Below, piece by piece: positions 9,151 through 19,017 of a stretch of 37,789 bases of DNA. The DNA is from Candidatus Babeliales bacterium (lineage in GTDB: Bacteria > Babelota > Babeliae > Babelales > Vermiphilaceae). Positions within the stretch are counted from its first letter, which is position 1. Every line of letters starts with the position of its first letter. The position numbers and the translations under genes were made by a program. The notes beneath the pieces were generated by a model. That model saw only the letters and a list, made by a program, of their open reading frames with translations, had not been told where the DNA came from and searched no databases. The stretch is from the NCBI GenBank assembly GCA_044451405.1, contig JBIOKB010000004.1, positions 1-37,789 of the forward strand, written 5' to 3'.

Positions 9151-9831
9151 ATGAAATTGAATACAAAACTTATGACATTACTCATCATGGTAGTGAGTAT
9201 CGTAGCTCTTATTCGTATCAGTGGTGTAACCTCATTAGTCACCTTAGATCGTATTAAAGAAAAAAGTCTTGAATTAAAGCAGATGGTTCATGATCATTAT
9301 CTGCAATCGGTAGCAATGTATACGGGGCTTGTTCTCATTGTTGCAGCAACCTCGATTCCCATAGTAGTTATCCTTGTTGTAGCAGGTGGATTTTTATTTG
9401 GTACCTTGTTGGGCGCGCTCTACGCAACTATAGGAGGTCTGGTTGGCGGCATTATTGCCTTTCTTATGTTCCGGTATTTTTTGCGTTCTGTGGTTGAAGA
9501 ACACTATGGAGCTCAACTTGCACGCTTTAATGAGAAGATACATGTGTACGGATACAACTACATTATAATTCTTCACTATTTAACGGTAATACCCTTATTT
9601 ATTATTAATATGTGCGCTGCCCTCACTCCCATTTCATTAGGCCATTTTGTTTGGATAACATTGTTGGGTTCGGCACCATTATATGTGGTGTATGCCCTTG
9701 CAGGACGTGAATTGGCTACCATTAGATGTGTGCAAGATATTTTTTCTGCGCAGATTATTCTTGCATGTGCATTGCTTATTGTAGTGGCATTAATTCCAAT
9801 GCTTATAAAGCGATACCAGGCACGGCATTAA
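9151..9831 (+). CDS. TVP38/TMEM64 (DedA/VTT) family membrane protein
   Basis: GGFLFG, AFLMFRY, PLFIIN, multiple TMs. Confidence 0.9.
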   Translation: MKLNTKLMTLLIMVVSIVALIRISGVTSLVTLDRIKEKSLELKQMVHDHYLQSVAMYTGLVLIVAATSIPIVVILVVAGGFLFGTLLGALYATIGGLVGGIIAFLMFRYFLRSVVEEHYGAQLARFNEKIHVYGYNYIIILHYLTVIPLFIINMCAALTPISLGHFVWITLLGSAPLYVVYALAGRELATIRCVQDIFSAQIILACALLIVVALIPMLIKRYQARH

Positions 9832-10693
9832 TAGGGGAATTCAATGCAGTAAGATATGCACATGCTGCATCAAAATCAGGAACATGCTTCCACGGTTGTA
9901 GCCATGAGAATGCTGGGGTAATAAGATGGGCTTGCATACCACATGCGCGTGCAACGCTAATATTTTCAGGGCGATCATCAAAAAAGGTGCACGCCGATGC
10001 AGGAATTCCGAGTGTATTGGTAATATGTGTATATGATGCAGGATCAGGCTTCATGAAGCCTGTGTGCCCAGAGATGAAGATGCGATCTTCAAAGAGATTA
10101 AAAAAATCAGGATCTTGTTGTTTTAATAACTCAAATGATTCACGTGCCCAGGTAGAATGAATGCATGGCTTTAATCCACGTGCAACACACTCCTGCACAA
10201 ACGCTTTTCCTTCAGGAACAATATATTGTGTCTTTATAAAACGTTCAGGGGTGAACATCATGGAGGTTAATGCGCGGATCATGGTTGTTTCTATGTGGTT
10301 AAGGTAAGCAAGGGCTTTAAGAGCAGCATCAATGTTAGTACGTACCTGCTCGTCAGTTATCCCTCCCTTAAAGTGGGTACACATAATTTGGGGGAGTAAT
10401 CTCCCTTCAGGATCACGGGCAGCTACTTGGTTTGGGTTTCGTTCTTCAACTGATGTTAAAAAGGGGAACAATAATTCATCGTATATCATCTTTTTTAATA
10501 CAAAGATGCGGGTAATATTAGCAAGGGCGTACTGTATAAATGGGGTATAGCCAACTTCTTTAAAAGCAGCTCTTTTATCAGTTTTTACTAAAACCTCTCC
10601 TAAATCGAAAATAGCATGGGTTACCGGCCCCTGGGCAACAAGCCCTAGGCTGATACTCAGTGAACAGAGGAGAGCAATGATAATACTGCGCAT
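9803..10693 (-). CDS. HAD-family hydrolase with N-terminal signal peptide
   Basis: IFDLGEVL, KPDP, FFDDRPENISVA; hydrophobic N-terminus. Confidence 0.85.
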   Translation of the reverse strand: MRSIIIALLCSLSISLGLVAQGPVTHAIFDLGEVLVKTDKRAAFKEVGYTPFIQYALANITRIFVLKKMIYDELLFPFLTSVEERNPNQVAARDPEGRLLPQIMCTHFKGGITDEQVRTNIDAALKALAYLNHIETTMIRALTSMMFTPERFIKTQYIVPEGKAFVQECVARGLKPCIHSTWARESFELLKQQDPDFFNLFEDRIFISGHTGFMKPDPASYTHITNTLGIPASACTFFDDRPENISVARACGMQAHLITPAFSWLQPWKHVPDFDAACAYLTALNSPINAVPGIAL

Positions 10694-10783
10694 ATATACC
10701 TCAACAATAGGTTTTTTTCTTTATTCTCTAGCCTAGAAAAGTGGCTAAAAAAAGCAAATGGTATGCCCCCTTGTAGGGGCAGA

Positions 10784-10811
10784 TTGACATTGATAGGGGA
10801 CTATCTATACT
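10784..10811 (+). promoter_or_regulatory. Sigma70-type promoter
   Basis: TTGACA-16 bp-TATACT upstream of 10878. Confidence 0.7.
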
Positions 10812-10877
10812 TGATCCACAACTGCGAGGTTAAGTACAAGTGTTATACGTTCAATAACAACAAACAAAGGATATTCT

Positions 10878-11228
10878 ATGATGAAAAAAAGTATGTTAGC
10901 GGTAGCGCTTTTAATGGTTGGTGGTGCAGCGGTTGCTGGTGATGCAGATACAGCAACAGGATGCTCACACAAGAGCATGGTAGGACGTGCAGCATGTGGT
11001 GTGAAACACTATGGGTATACAGTACCTGCAGAATATGTTGTCAAACCATCAGTTGATTATGCATGGCATGGTAAACATTCAGGTACCACAGTAACAACAT
11101 GGCTTGATAGAGGCGTACGTTTTACTGGTTTATGGTATGCGCTTACTTATGGAGTAGTACCTGCAACATCATATGTATACAAAGCAGTTGCAGCTCAAGT
11201 TAAAACATTGAAAGCAGATCGCAAGTAA
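10878..11228 (+). CDS. Small exported hypothetical protein
   Basis: AAGGA RBS, signal peptide, own promoter and terminator. Confidence 0.8.
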   Translation: MMKKSMLAVALLMVGGAAVAGDADTATGCSHKSMVGRAACGVKHYGYTVPAEYVVKPSVDYAWHGKHSGTTVTTWLDRGVRFTGLWYALTYGVVPATSYVYKAVAAQVKTLKADRK

Positions 11229-11234
11229 ATTACA

Positions 11235-11254
11235 CAGTGCGCACACGCGCACTT
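11235..11254 (+). repeat. Family-3 mini-hairpin
   Basis: cagtgcgc-acac-gcgcactt. Confidence 0.6.
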
Positions 11255-11277
11255 ATAATGCACGAACGTAAAAACAC

Positions 11278-11312
11278 AATAAGCGATGATGAAAGTCATC
11301 GCTTATTTATTT
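11278..11312. terminator. Terminator between convergent genes
   Basis: aataagcgatga-tgaaag-tcatcgcttatt with T-rich tail. Confidence 0.8.
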
Positions 11313-11327
11313 TAGTTCCAAGATATT

Positions 11328-12869
11328 TTAGCTGTGAGCTAATGCTAATGACGGTGGAGGTGTTTGTGCTTTTCTCTTCTGTTCAGTCTGCTCAACCCCA
11401 TCTTTTTCCAGTGCACTAGATGGACGTTGCTGCGTAAGAGCAGATAGAGCCCCAAGCGAGTCCTGCCCAGTGGGACGTAATACTGGTGATGACAATGGTG
11501 CTACTGCTGGAGTGCTGCCTTTTCTTTTCCACCATCTTTGTTTTTCTTGTGCTGATTGTGGTCTTTGAACAGCTGCTGATGCACCTGCTCCGCCAACTGG
11601 TGCTGATTGAGGTGATGAAGCAACAAGCGGTTTGGTTCTTAACAACTGAAGCAATTGCTCTTCTCCTCTTTTAATTTTTTGTACTAATTGAAGAATCTCT
11701 TGTTGTTGTGATTGTAATTTGGTTGTTATCTCTTTCATATGCTCTTTATTCTGTTGCAGATCGTGAACATTATCAGTGATTGTTGCAAGATTGCCCGTTG
11801 CTTGTTGAGTAAATTCTATAATTTTCTTTTTTAATTCCTCTTCCTGTTCAGCTACCGTTTTAAGTGTAAGCTCTAACTGTTGACGATTTACCTGTTCAGC
11901 GCGTGCTAATTGTTCATTAATTGTTTTGTGAATAGCAGCGTGTGTTTGTTTAAGTTCAAGATGGATAGCCTCTGATTGTTGTTGCGTTACTATGATCGCT
12001 TCGCCCATTTGCCTTTTATGACTAATTAATTCTTTTCTAAGATCGTCCGTCTCTTTTTTATACGGATCAGCGACCCACTGCTTAAACTTATACCACAGAA
12101 CACCAATGCCAATGAGCGCGATTACTGGGCCGATTACTGCTTTGAGCGCAGTGAGTAATGCAGGGCCTTCAAGGCCCGTAAATTTTTTATCACCGCAGCA
12201 TTCTTTATAGATGCGAAATGGATTAATCTTTGCAGCCCACGCTAGTGCTCCTGCCGCACCTCCGAGAGCAGCTGCGGCAACTAGGCGTGGATTAACAGAG
12301 CCTGCCTGCTGACTGGTTGTATTGATATATTCGAGCGCTTTTTTTTCATGCTCGGTGAGGTCATTTTCATTTTTTAGAAGTTGCCGGCTTAATTTTTCAA
12401 GCTTTGCAATAGACTGCTCTATTTCTGTAATTTCTCCTTCAAATTCAGGTGTCGGCATTATAGGGTTCACCGGTTGTGTATTAACAGCGCTCAGATCAAG
12501 GTTTCCAATACCAATGCCACTATCATGCGTTTGTAGTGGCGTAGGGCGTCCTCTTTTGCCCTTGGGAGAACGATTTTTTACCGGGGTGTTAAAAGGTGTT
12601 TTGGCAGCAAGCACCAGTTGTGCTGCACCTGCGGTAGCATCATCATCATCGGATTTTCTTTTATGCTCTGCCTGATGTTTCCCATGAATATGATCTCCTA
12701 ACACGGTAAGTTCTACTTTGAGTGGCTCTAATGCAGGATTTCCTGATTCGCGGATAGTAAGAACAACCTGCTCAGGTGTTAAAGGTGGAGTTTTATCATC
12801 CATGCCATATATAGTGAAAGAAGTGAGCATTAGAAGAGTAGATAGGGGGTAACGGTGACTCATGTTCAT
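11328..12869 (-). CDS. Exported protein with two hydrophobic segments and a long coiled coil
   Basis: 513 aa ORF, AAGGA RBS, signal peptide, Q/E/K heptads, disordered S/P-rich ends. Confidence 0.85.
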   Translation of the reverse strand: MNMSHRYPLSTLLMLTSFTIYGMDDKTPPLTPEQVVLTIRESGNPALEPLKVELTVLGDHIHGKHQAEHKRKSDDDDATAGAAQLVLAAKTPFNTPVKNRSPKGKRGRPTPLQTHDSGIGIGNLDLSAVNTQPVNPIMPTPEFEGEITEIEQSIAKLEKLSRQLLKNENDLTEHEKKALEYINTTSQQAGSVNPRLVAAAALGGAAGALAWAAKINPFRIYKECCGDKKFTGLEGPALLTALKAVIGPVIALIGIGVLWYKFKQWVADPYKKETDDLRKELISHKRQMGEAIIVTQQQSEAIHLELKQTHAAIHKTINEQLARAEQVNRQQLELTLKTVAEQEEELKKKIIEFTQQATGNLATITDNVHDLQQNKEHMKEITTKLQSQQQEILQLVQKIKRGEEQLLQLLRTKPLVASSPQSAPVGGAGASAAVQRPQSAQEKQRWWKRKGSTPAVAPLSSPVLRPTGQDSLGALSALTQQRPSSALEKDGVEQTEQKRKAQTPPPSLALAHS

Positions 12870-12967
12870 ACGTATTCCTTTTCAAAAATGATCGTTTTAC
12901 AGTGATCACCATTTAGATATACTGAATTTACCTAATTTCTGTATACGATTTTCTTAAATAAGAATAT

Positions 12968-13324
12968 ATGAACATATACCAAGCAACCTTAATGGATCAT
13001 TATAAAAATCCCCGCAATCGCGGTACGTTGCCCATGCCTGATTTTAGTTCAGAGCAGTTGAACCCTTCTTGTGGTGACCAGATCTGTATGGCAGGTTTGC
13101 TACAGGGTGATGTGGTTACTAACGTAGTATTTCAAGGTACTGGCTGTGTTATTAGCCAAGCAACGGCATCGTTATTAACAATCCATGTTGTGGGCTTTTC
13201 ACGTGATATGATTCTTGCTATGGATAGCGCTGCTCTCTGCAACCTTATTGGCATGGAGCTGGGACCTACCCGGCTGAAATGTGCGCTGTTACCATTGCAG
13301 GCATTACAGCAAGGGCTACGGTAA
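12968..13324 (+). CDS. sufU: SufU/IscU-family Fe-S scaffold or sulfur-transfer protein
   Basis: DHYKNPRN, NPSCGD, GCVISQA, RLKCALL. Confidence 0.9.
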   Translation: MNIYQATLMDHYKNPRNRGTLPMPDFSSEQLNPSCGDQICMAGLLQGDVVTNVVFQGTGCVISQATASLLTIHVVGFSRDMILAMDSAALCNLIGMELGPTRLKCALLPLQALQQGLR

Positions 13325-13329
13325 GTTGT

Positions 13330-14451
13330 ATGTTGGATCGTTCAAAAGTATTGCGTGCCTTACAAGAACAAACACATCCATTATTTTATGATCATGAGCA
13401 TGAATATGCCTATGCGCGTACGCTTTGGCAGCAGATATGCGCTGATCCTACCTTTCCCTATAAAGTGCATGAAGCAAAAACAGATCTTCCCATTCCTACG
13501 TGGCACGGATCGTTAGGCGATGTTATTGAGTGTGGTCACCTTTTAGGGCCACATCAGGTTATTGGTGTTGATGGCTCTCAGATGTACCCCGATCGGCATC
13601 AGGGTCTTGTCTGTTACTTAATTAATATTGGTGCGGTGATACTTACCTACGGAGATAAAAATAAGCCAGTTTGCTTTCAATCAGATCCGTATGTGTTTGT
13701 GGGTGATACGGAGTATGAAGGTATCCCACTCTCCCCTGATGTTATTAATTGCCGACGTGATGTGTATGAATTTGCAGCGGGAGTGCGATTAAGCCGAGAA
13801 TTTAAACAAGCGCAGCTCAAGCGGTTGTTGCTTTTTGATGGCACTCTTATTTTTTGGCATTTGGAAGCAAAAGATCAGATTTTTAAGCAAGTATTTCTGC
13901 AACTGTATATTAAAGAACTGCATGCATTGTATGAACAGCGTATGTTGTGTGCCAGTTATGTGAGTATGCCAAAGCATAAAGAAGTTTCTCATCTTCTACG
14001 TCTTGCTGCATGTAATTTTGTGTTGGATGCGTGTACAGAGCTTGAACATCTTGAGCATATTAATGATGCAGCGCTCGTGCGATTATACGTAAAACCCTAT
14101 GCACGTACAACAGTATTTACCTACCAAGGCGCGTTAAAAGATAGTTACCCGCCTCATCTGCGGCCCCACTTTTTTTATATTAATAGCGGTACTGAAGTTG
14201 GCCGTGTTGAAATTCCTGCATGGATTGCCCGTGATGTACAGTTAATTGATACCGTTGCGAGTATTATTGTAGATCAATGTAGAAAAGGTAATGGGTATCC
14301 TGTTGTGCTTGCTGAAGCGCATGAACAAGCAGTTATTAAAGGCCCGGATCGTGATTTTTTCTATCATCTGATTGCTAAAATGAGCATTGATCAGAATTAT
14401 CGTATTACGCGATCGCAAAAAAGTATGAAAAAGCGGGGCATTGGGATTTGA
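13330..14451 (+). CDS. nurA: NurA-family nuclease
   Basis: GVDGSQ, LFDGTL, GRVEIPAW, GYPVVLAEAHEQAVI; likely start ATG 13330. Confidence 0.88.
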   Translation: MLDRSKVLRALQEQTHPLFYDHEHEYAYARTLWQQICADPTFPYKVHEAKTDLPIPTWHGSLGDVIECGHLLGPHQVIGVDGSQMYPDRHQGLVCYLINIGAVILTYGDKNKPVCFQSDPYVFVGDTEYEGIPLSPDVINCRRDVYEFAAGVRLSREFKQAQLKRLLLFDGTLIFWHLEAKDQIFKQVFLQLYIKELHALYEQRMLCASYVSMPKHKEVSHLLRLAACNFVLDACTELEHLEHINDAALVRLYVKPYARTTVFTYQGALKDSYPPHLRPHFFYINSGTEVGRVEIPAWIARDVQLIDTVASIIVDQCRKGNGYPVVLAEAHEQAVIKGPDRDFFYHLIAKMSIDQNYRITRSQKSMKKRGIGI

Positions 14452-14464
14452 GTTGGCGCGTTAT

Positions 14465-14493
14465 TTTACATCCCCATTTTTGTGTGGTATAAC
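14465..14493 (+). promoter_or_regulatory. Extended -10 promoter
   Basis: TTTACA-17 bp-TATAAC with TGn. Confidence 0.55.
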
Positions 14494-14548
14494 ATACAGC
14501 ACCTTTATAGAACAGTGTTAATCATCTCATACATAGGAGTTTTACATT

Positions 14549-15256
14549 ATGAACATGAAAATGTCGGCGGTAGTAATTACCTCAGCATTAGTTGGCATGC
14601 CAGTACAAGCGATGGATATTCTTGTAAAAGCGGCGAAAGATAATCCAGTAATAGCAGCAGTAGGTGCAGTTGCACTCTTAGGCGGCGCTGGTGCAGCTGC
14701 TGTAAGAGTTAATCAAGCTCAGCCTGTTGCAGTGGATGTAGAGCAAATACCAGAACCATATACTCCAAGAAGTTGGAAGCAAGTAAAAAAATTACAAGCT
14801 AAGAAAAGACAGATTGCTACAGACGCACAGCGTTCAGAGTCAACTATTGATGGGGAAATTGAAGCAATTGAAAAAACAAAATCAGCTGAAGCAAAGCAAA
14901 AGGCAGAAGAGGCAGAAAAGACAAGAAGAGCTCGTTCAGAAGAAGCTGAATTAGCAGCATTAGACAGAGAATTAAAAGATATAAAGAATAGTATGAACAG
15001 TCTTGAAGGGAAGAGAATATTTGTAGCTGCGTATAGAAGAGCTAGAGCAGAAGCACAGAGCTCATCAGCTGCCCCAGCACCATCATCAGCATTAGTACCT
15101 GCTATACCAGCATATTCATCTCCTGTAGCACCAGCTCAAACTGCCACTCCTGCTCCATTTAGAGTTCCTGCACCATCAGGAGAAGTGGTTGCCGTTCGTG
15201 TGGACGCAATCGAAAGAACAGAAGGAAAAAGAGAAGCAGTAGAACAAAAAGCATAA
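14549..15256 (+). CDS. Signal peptide + TM + coiled-coil hypothetical protein
   Basis: AGGAG RBS; A/P-rich tail. Confidence 0.85.
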   Translation: MNMKMSAVVITSALVGMPVQAMDILVKAAKDNPVIAAVGAVALLGGAGAAAVRVNQAQPVAVDVEQIPEPYTPRSWKQVKKLQAKKRQIATDAQRSESTIDGEIEAIEKTKSAEAKQKAEEAEKTRRARSEEAELAALDRELKDIKNSMNSLEGKRIFVAAYRRARAEAQSSSAAPAPSSALVPAIPAYSSPVAPAQTATPAPFRVPAPSGEVVAVRVDAIERTEGKREAVEQKA

Positions 15257-15279
15257 TACATGCATCATAGATAAAAACT

Positions 15280-15307
15280 AAGGCCCTTGTAATGAGGGCC
15301 TTTTTTA
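15280..15307 (+). terminator. Rho-independent terminator
   Basis: aaggccctt-gtaat-gagggcctt followed by T run. Confidence 0.85.
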
Positions 15308-15395
15308 TGCACATTTTGTCCATCTGGACGTTTGTAATCACCTGTGGTATATCTCATCCGGTATCGTAATAACCAACTCATGAAAAGGGAATGCA

Positions 15396-16430
15396 ATGAT
15401 TAAAAAAATACAGTACATGCTGGTAATTGCAGTTGCATTATCAGGGATTCCTGTGCACGCAGCTGACGCATCATTAATGAGCAATGTATGGAAAAATAAG
15501 GCGATTATAACAGTAGGCATTGCAGGATTGGTGCTCAGTATATTAGCACTGCTGTATGCTAAAAAACATCGCGGTGGCCAACCGGTAGGAAATGCATCGA
15601 GTGCAAGACCAGCGGCTCCAGCAAGTGACGCAGCGGGACAAGGAGCGGTGGAGAAAGCGGTAGAGAGTGCAAATGTGCGTACGCAATTACAACAATTGCA
15701 GGGGAATTTTGCAGCAATTGTTGGAGATGTTCGTGGGTTACAACAAGATCATGCTACTATGCGACAAACAACAGGACAATTAGCACAAAAACAAGAAGAA
15801 ATATCACAATTAATGCAAAAAGAAAGAGAGAAGCCTCTGGTTTCTACAGCAGTGGATTTAGCACCAGTAAATGGAGAAATTGCTCAGTTGCATGAACAAG
15901 TAAAAAAATTGCAAGAGCAGCTCGCAGAAAAACCATCTAGGAATGCTTTTGATCAATTGAACGGCGAGATTGCCAAAAGGCCGACTGATGCGACATTGCG
16001 TAAAAGAGATCAAGATTTTGTTACAAAAGCAGGTTTGCAGCCACTTAGTGAACAGGTAGTGGCGATACAACATCAGATTGCCTCAATAGATGCGCTTTAC
16101 AAGTTATGTTTCTTAAGAGAAGATGCACAGCAACATGCAAGCGAAATATCAAGTCTAAAAGAACAGCTTACACATTTGCAGACAAAGCTTGGTAGTACTT
16201 TGACAGAATTGTCAGAGCGAGTAGATAAGCTTGCCATTATTAGAAAAGCAAATCGGAGTCTTGATGAATTTAACGCACAACAGGTTGCATTTGGTCCTGA
16301 TACAGTTAAAGTCATGTCGCCACTTCCATCACCAAAAGCACGCCGTGATGGCACTGGGGCGAGTGTAGATGTATCGGTTGAACCAGCTGCTGCAGAAGAA
16401 CCTGTTGCGGTAGTTGTGACCACTGCATAA
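15396..16430 (+). CDS. Signal peptide + TM + coiled-coil hypothetical protein
   Basis: AAGGGA RBS; N-terminus paralogous to neighbours (LVLSILALLYAKK vs VVLSLVGIALYKQ). Confidence 0.85.
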   Translation: MIKKIQYMLVIAVALSGIPVHAADASLMSNVWKNKAIITVGIAGLVLSILALLYAKKHRGGQPVGNASSARPAAPASDAAGQGAVEKAVESANVRTQLQQLQGNFAAIVGDVRGLQQDHATMRQTTGQLAQKQEEISQLMQKEREKPLVSTAVDLAPVNGEIAQLHEQVKKLQEQLAEKPSRNAFDQLNGEIAKRPTDATLRKRDQDFVTKAGLQPLSEQVVAIQHQIASIDALYKLCFLREDAQQHASEISSLKEQLTHLQTKLGSTLTELSERVDKLAIIRKANRSLDEFNAQQVAFGPDTVKVMSPLPSPKARRDGTGASVDVSVEPAAAEEPVAVVVTTA

Positions 16431-16457
16431 TGCACTAAGCAAAAAAAGATGTATAAT

Positions 16458-16490
16458 AAAGGGCCCTGAGTAGATTCGGGCCCTTTTTAT
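16458..16490 (+). terminator. Rho-independent terminator
   Basis: aaagggccc...gggcccttttt. Confidence 0.8.
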
Positions 16491-16507
16491 TTAGTAAGGA
16501 ATTAATT

Positions 16508-17773
16508 ATGAAAAAAATAATAATCACATCATTGGTATGTATGCATGTATTAGCAACACCAGCGCTGCACGCATGGCAGTTGCCTAAACAACTTGATGGA
16601 AAACAACTGGGAATTATTGCGGCAGTTACGGCAGTAGTTTTAAGTCTTGTGGGAATTGCTTTGTATAAGCAGGCAAGGAAGGCGCACGTTGGAGCAGTTC
16701 AGCAGCCGGGTGATGGTAGGATAACAGTACAATTTACAAATGAGCAATGGGAAGAAGGCCGTCGTATTTCTAAAGAACAACAAAAGGCCGAGTTACAACA
16801 AGCATTATCTACACATCAAGAAAATTGTGTTCGTATCCTTCGACAAGATCAGGACGAACGGATTAATGAATTACGCCAAGAATTTGCGGCTAAACAAGCG
16901 CATGAAGATAGAGCCGGTGTTGCAGCAGTTCCACAACAACCAGAACAAGAAGATTCCCAAGGTCAAGCCATAGGTCTGCTGTTAAGAAATTATCTGCAGG
17001 TGAAAGAAGAAAATCAGAGTATGTGTAAAGCTATGGTAGACTTGGCAAAACGAATAGAAGGACAAGAAGGAGACGTAGCATTTGTGGCTAGTCAAATAAG
17101 TGGAGCGCTGGAAACGTTAAATAAAAATGAAAAAGTTATTACTAATCTTGGTACTACAGTTGAACATCACAGAAGTCTTATGATGGGTGAATCGATCACT
17201 TTTGGCAAACTGATGCAAAGAGTGACTGCTTGTGAAAAACTGTTGCAACATATTCAAGAACAGACGGGTATAAAAGCAGAGAATGAGGGTTGGATTAAGC
17301 TTAATACCGCTGAGAAAGAAGCGTTACAAGAAGGAACACAGGCGCGACAACTTCGAGCTGCTGTGCAAGTAAAAGAAGTACAAGGCGCTGGTTCAGGTCA
17401 ATTATCAACCGTAGAGCAGCAACGTTTAGAACGAGCACAAAAAATGAAAGAAGGGCAAGCTATTCGAGCTCAAATACGGCAACAACGAGAAGCACAACAG
17501 ACAAAGCCACTTGAACATACACCAACACCCTCTGAGCTTGGGGTTTCATCGCCATGCGTAGGGAACGAGCATCCACTTTTTGCCCCGAGCGCTTCTGTTG
17601 AAGAACAGCCTGCAGATTGCGCACTACCACCAGTAGCTGAAGGTGATGAAACGAGAAAAGAGTCTTTGGGCACACTTCAAGTACATCAAATGTTTGTTGA
17701 TGGACACATGAAGACAGCTCATAAGGAAGAGTTGCAAGAACTTCTTGCTGCAGAAGAAACTGCGACTTATTAA
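16508..17773 (+). CDS. Signal peptide + TM + coiled-coil hypothetical protein containing an in-frame repeat
   Basis: AAGGA RBS; Q/E-rich. Confidence 0.85.
   Translation: MKKIIITSLVCMHVLATPALHAWQLPKQLDGKQLGIIAAVTAVVLSLVGIALYKQARKAHVGAVQQPGDGRITVQFTNEQWEEGRRISKEQQKAELQQALSTHQENCVRILRQDQDERINELRQEFAAKQAHEDRAGVAAVPQQPEQEDSQGQAIGLLLRNYLQVKEENQSMCKAMVDLAKRIEGQEGDVAFVASQISGALETLNKNEKVITNLGTTVEHHRSLMMGESITFGKLMQRVTACEKLLQHIQEQTGIKAENEGWIKLNTAEKEALQEGTQARQLRAAVQVKEVQGAGSGQLSTVEQQRLERAQKMKEGQAIRAQIRQQREAQQTKPLEHTPTPSELGVSSPCVGNEHPLFAPSASVEEQPADCALPPVAEGDETRKESLGTLQVHQMFVDGHMKTAHKEELQELLAAEETATY
16829..16861 (-). repeat. Family-2 palindromic element inside a CDS
   Basis: Reverse complement ccgttcgtcctgatcttgtcgaaggatacgaac; encodes VRILRQDQDER. 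Confidence 0.9.
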
Positions 17774-17788
17774 TTATCTAAGATTGGA

Positions 17789-18934
17789 TTAGCTTACAAA
17801 TCGCTTAAAAAATCCGGTTATGCTGCTCTCATGTTCAGTAGCTTCATTCCCCGTTGCTTGCGCATAATCATTGAGCGCTTTTTTAGCATTAGTACTCAAT
17901 TTTTTAGGAATAATACATTGGGTAATCACTACCAAATTCCCTTTGGCATTTCCACGAACGTGTGGAAACCCTTTTCCAGGCACAATGATATGTTCGTTTA
18001 CCGGGCATCCCTTGGGAATTTTAATGGTAACTTTGGATCCATCGATACTTTCTATTTCTACTTGACCGCCTAATACGAGCTGTGGGTAGGTAAGCATGAT
18101 AGAACATTCAAGGTCATCACCAACACGCTTAAATTTCTTGTCGGACATTACATGTACTTTGATAAACAGATCGCCGGTACTGCCGCCATACACACCCGCA
18201 TCACCTTTATCTTTAATGCGCAGTTCAGCGCCATCATAGATACCGGCAGGGATGTTGACTGAAAATTTCTCATATTCACGGGTTCTAGAACTTCCTGAGC
18301 AGGTAGAGCAGGGGGAGGCTATTTTATACCCAAGGCCGTTACAGCTGGTACACGGTTGTGTGTACATGAAAAAGCCTTTGGTAAAGTGCATTTGCCCTTG
18401 GCCGTTACATGATTTACAGGTTTCTATTTTGGTGCCAGGTTTTGTGCCAGATCCCTTACAGGTAGCGCATGATACAAATCGTTGGTAGCCAAGGTCTTGT
18501 TTGCACCCAAGAAACGAATCTTTGAGCGTGATTTGAACTTCTTTAGCTAAATCGTGGCCCCGTTGTGGCGTTGGGCCACTTTTTTTACGTCCATGCCGTT
18601 GTTGTCCGCCAAACATATCACCAAAGATATCGCCAAAGGCACTAAAGATATCATCCATATTCATATCATGAGGACCATGCTGTCCGCCCATGCCGCCCAT
18701 ACCTTCAACGCCGGCAGCGCCAAATTGGTCATAGCGCTTGCGCTTATCAGGGTCAGACAAGACTTCATATGCCTGGGCCGCTTCTTTAAATTTATTCTCA
18801 GCCTCTTTGTTGTCTGGGTTACGGTCCGGGTGATATTTGAGGGCTAATTTGCGGTAGGCAGCTTTGATGTCATCCTGGCTGGCCGATTTGGCGATCCCTA
18901 AAATGCCATAATAATCTTTGTTTTCCATGCTCAT
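17789..18934 (-). CDS. dnaJ: Chaperone DnaJ
   Basis: J domain with HPD, G/F region, four CxxCxG repeats, C-terminal domain. Confidence 0.97.
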   Translation of the reverse strand: MSMENKDYYGILGIAKSASQDDIKAAYRKLALKYHPDRNPDNKEAENKFKEAAQAYEVLSDPDKRKRYDQFGAAGVEGMGGMGGQHGPHDMNMDDIFSAFGDIFGDMFGGQQRHGRKKSGPTPQRGHDLAKEVQITLKDSFLGCKQDLGYQRFVSCATCKGSGTKPGTKIETCKSCNGQGQMHFTKGFFMYTQPCTSCNGLGYKIASPCSTCSGSSRTREYEKFSVNIPAGIYDGAELRIKDKGDAGVYGGSTGDLFIKVHVMSDKKFKRVGDDLECSIMLTYPQLVLGGQVEIESIDGSKVTIKIPKGCPVNEHIIVPGKGFPHVRGNAKGNLVVITQCIIPKKLSTNAKKALNDYAQATGNEATEHESSITGFFKRFVS

Positions 18935-19017
18935 GGTTTTTATCTACTAATTAAGGGTTTTTGCGTTCTGATATGGGGAAAAGTATAACAGAAACTGAGC
19001 TAGTTATATAGCGCCGA

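Noticed and set aside
10812-10820. DnaA-box-like tgatccaca
   Set aside because: Single mismatched copy with no oriC context
12505-12526. DSGIGI as a beta-TrCP degron
   Set aside because: Lacks the second serine of DSGxxS
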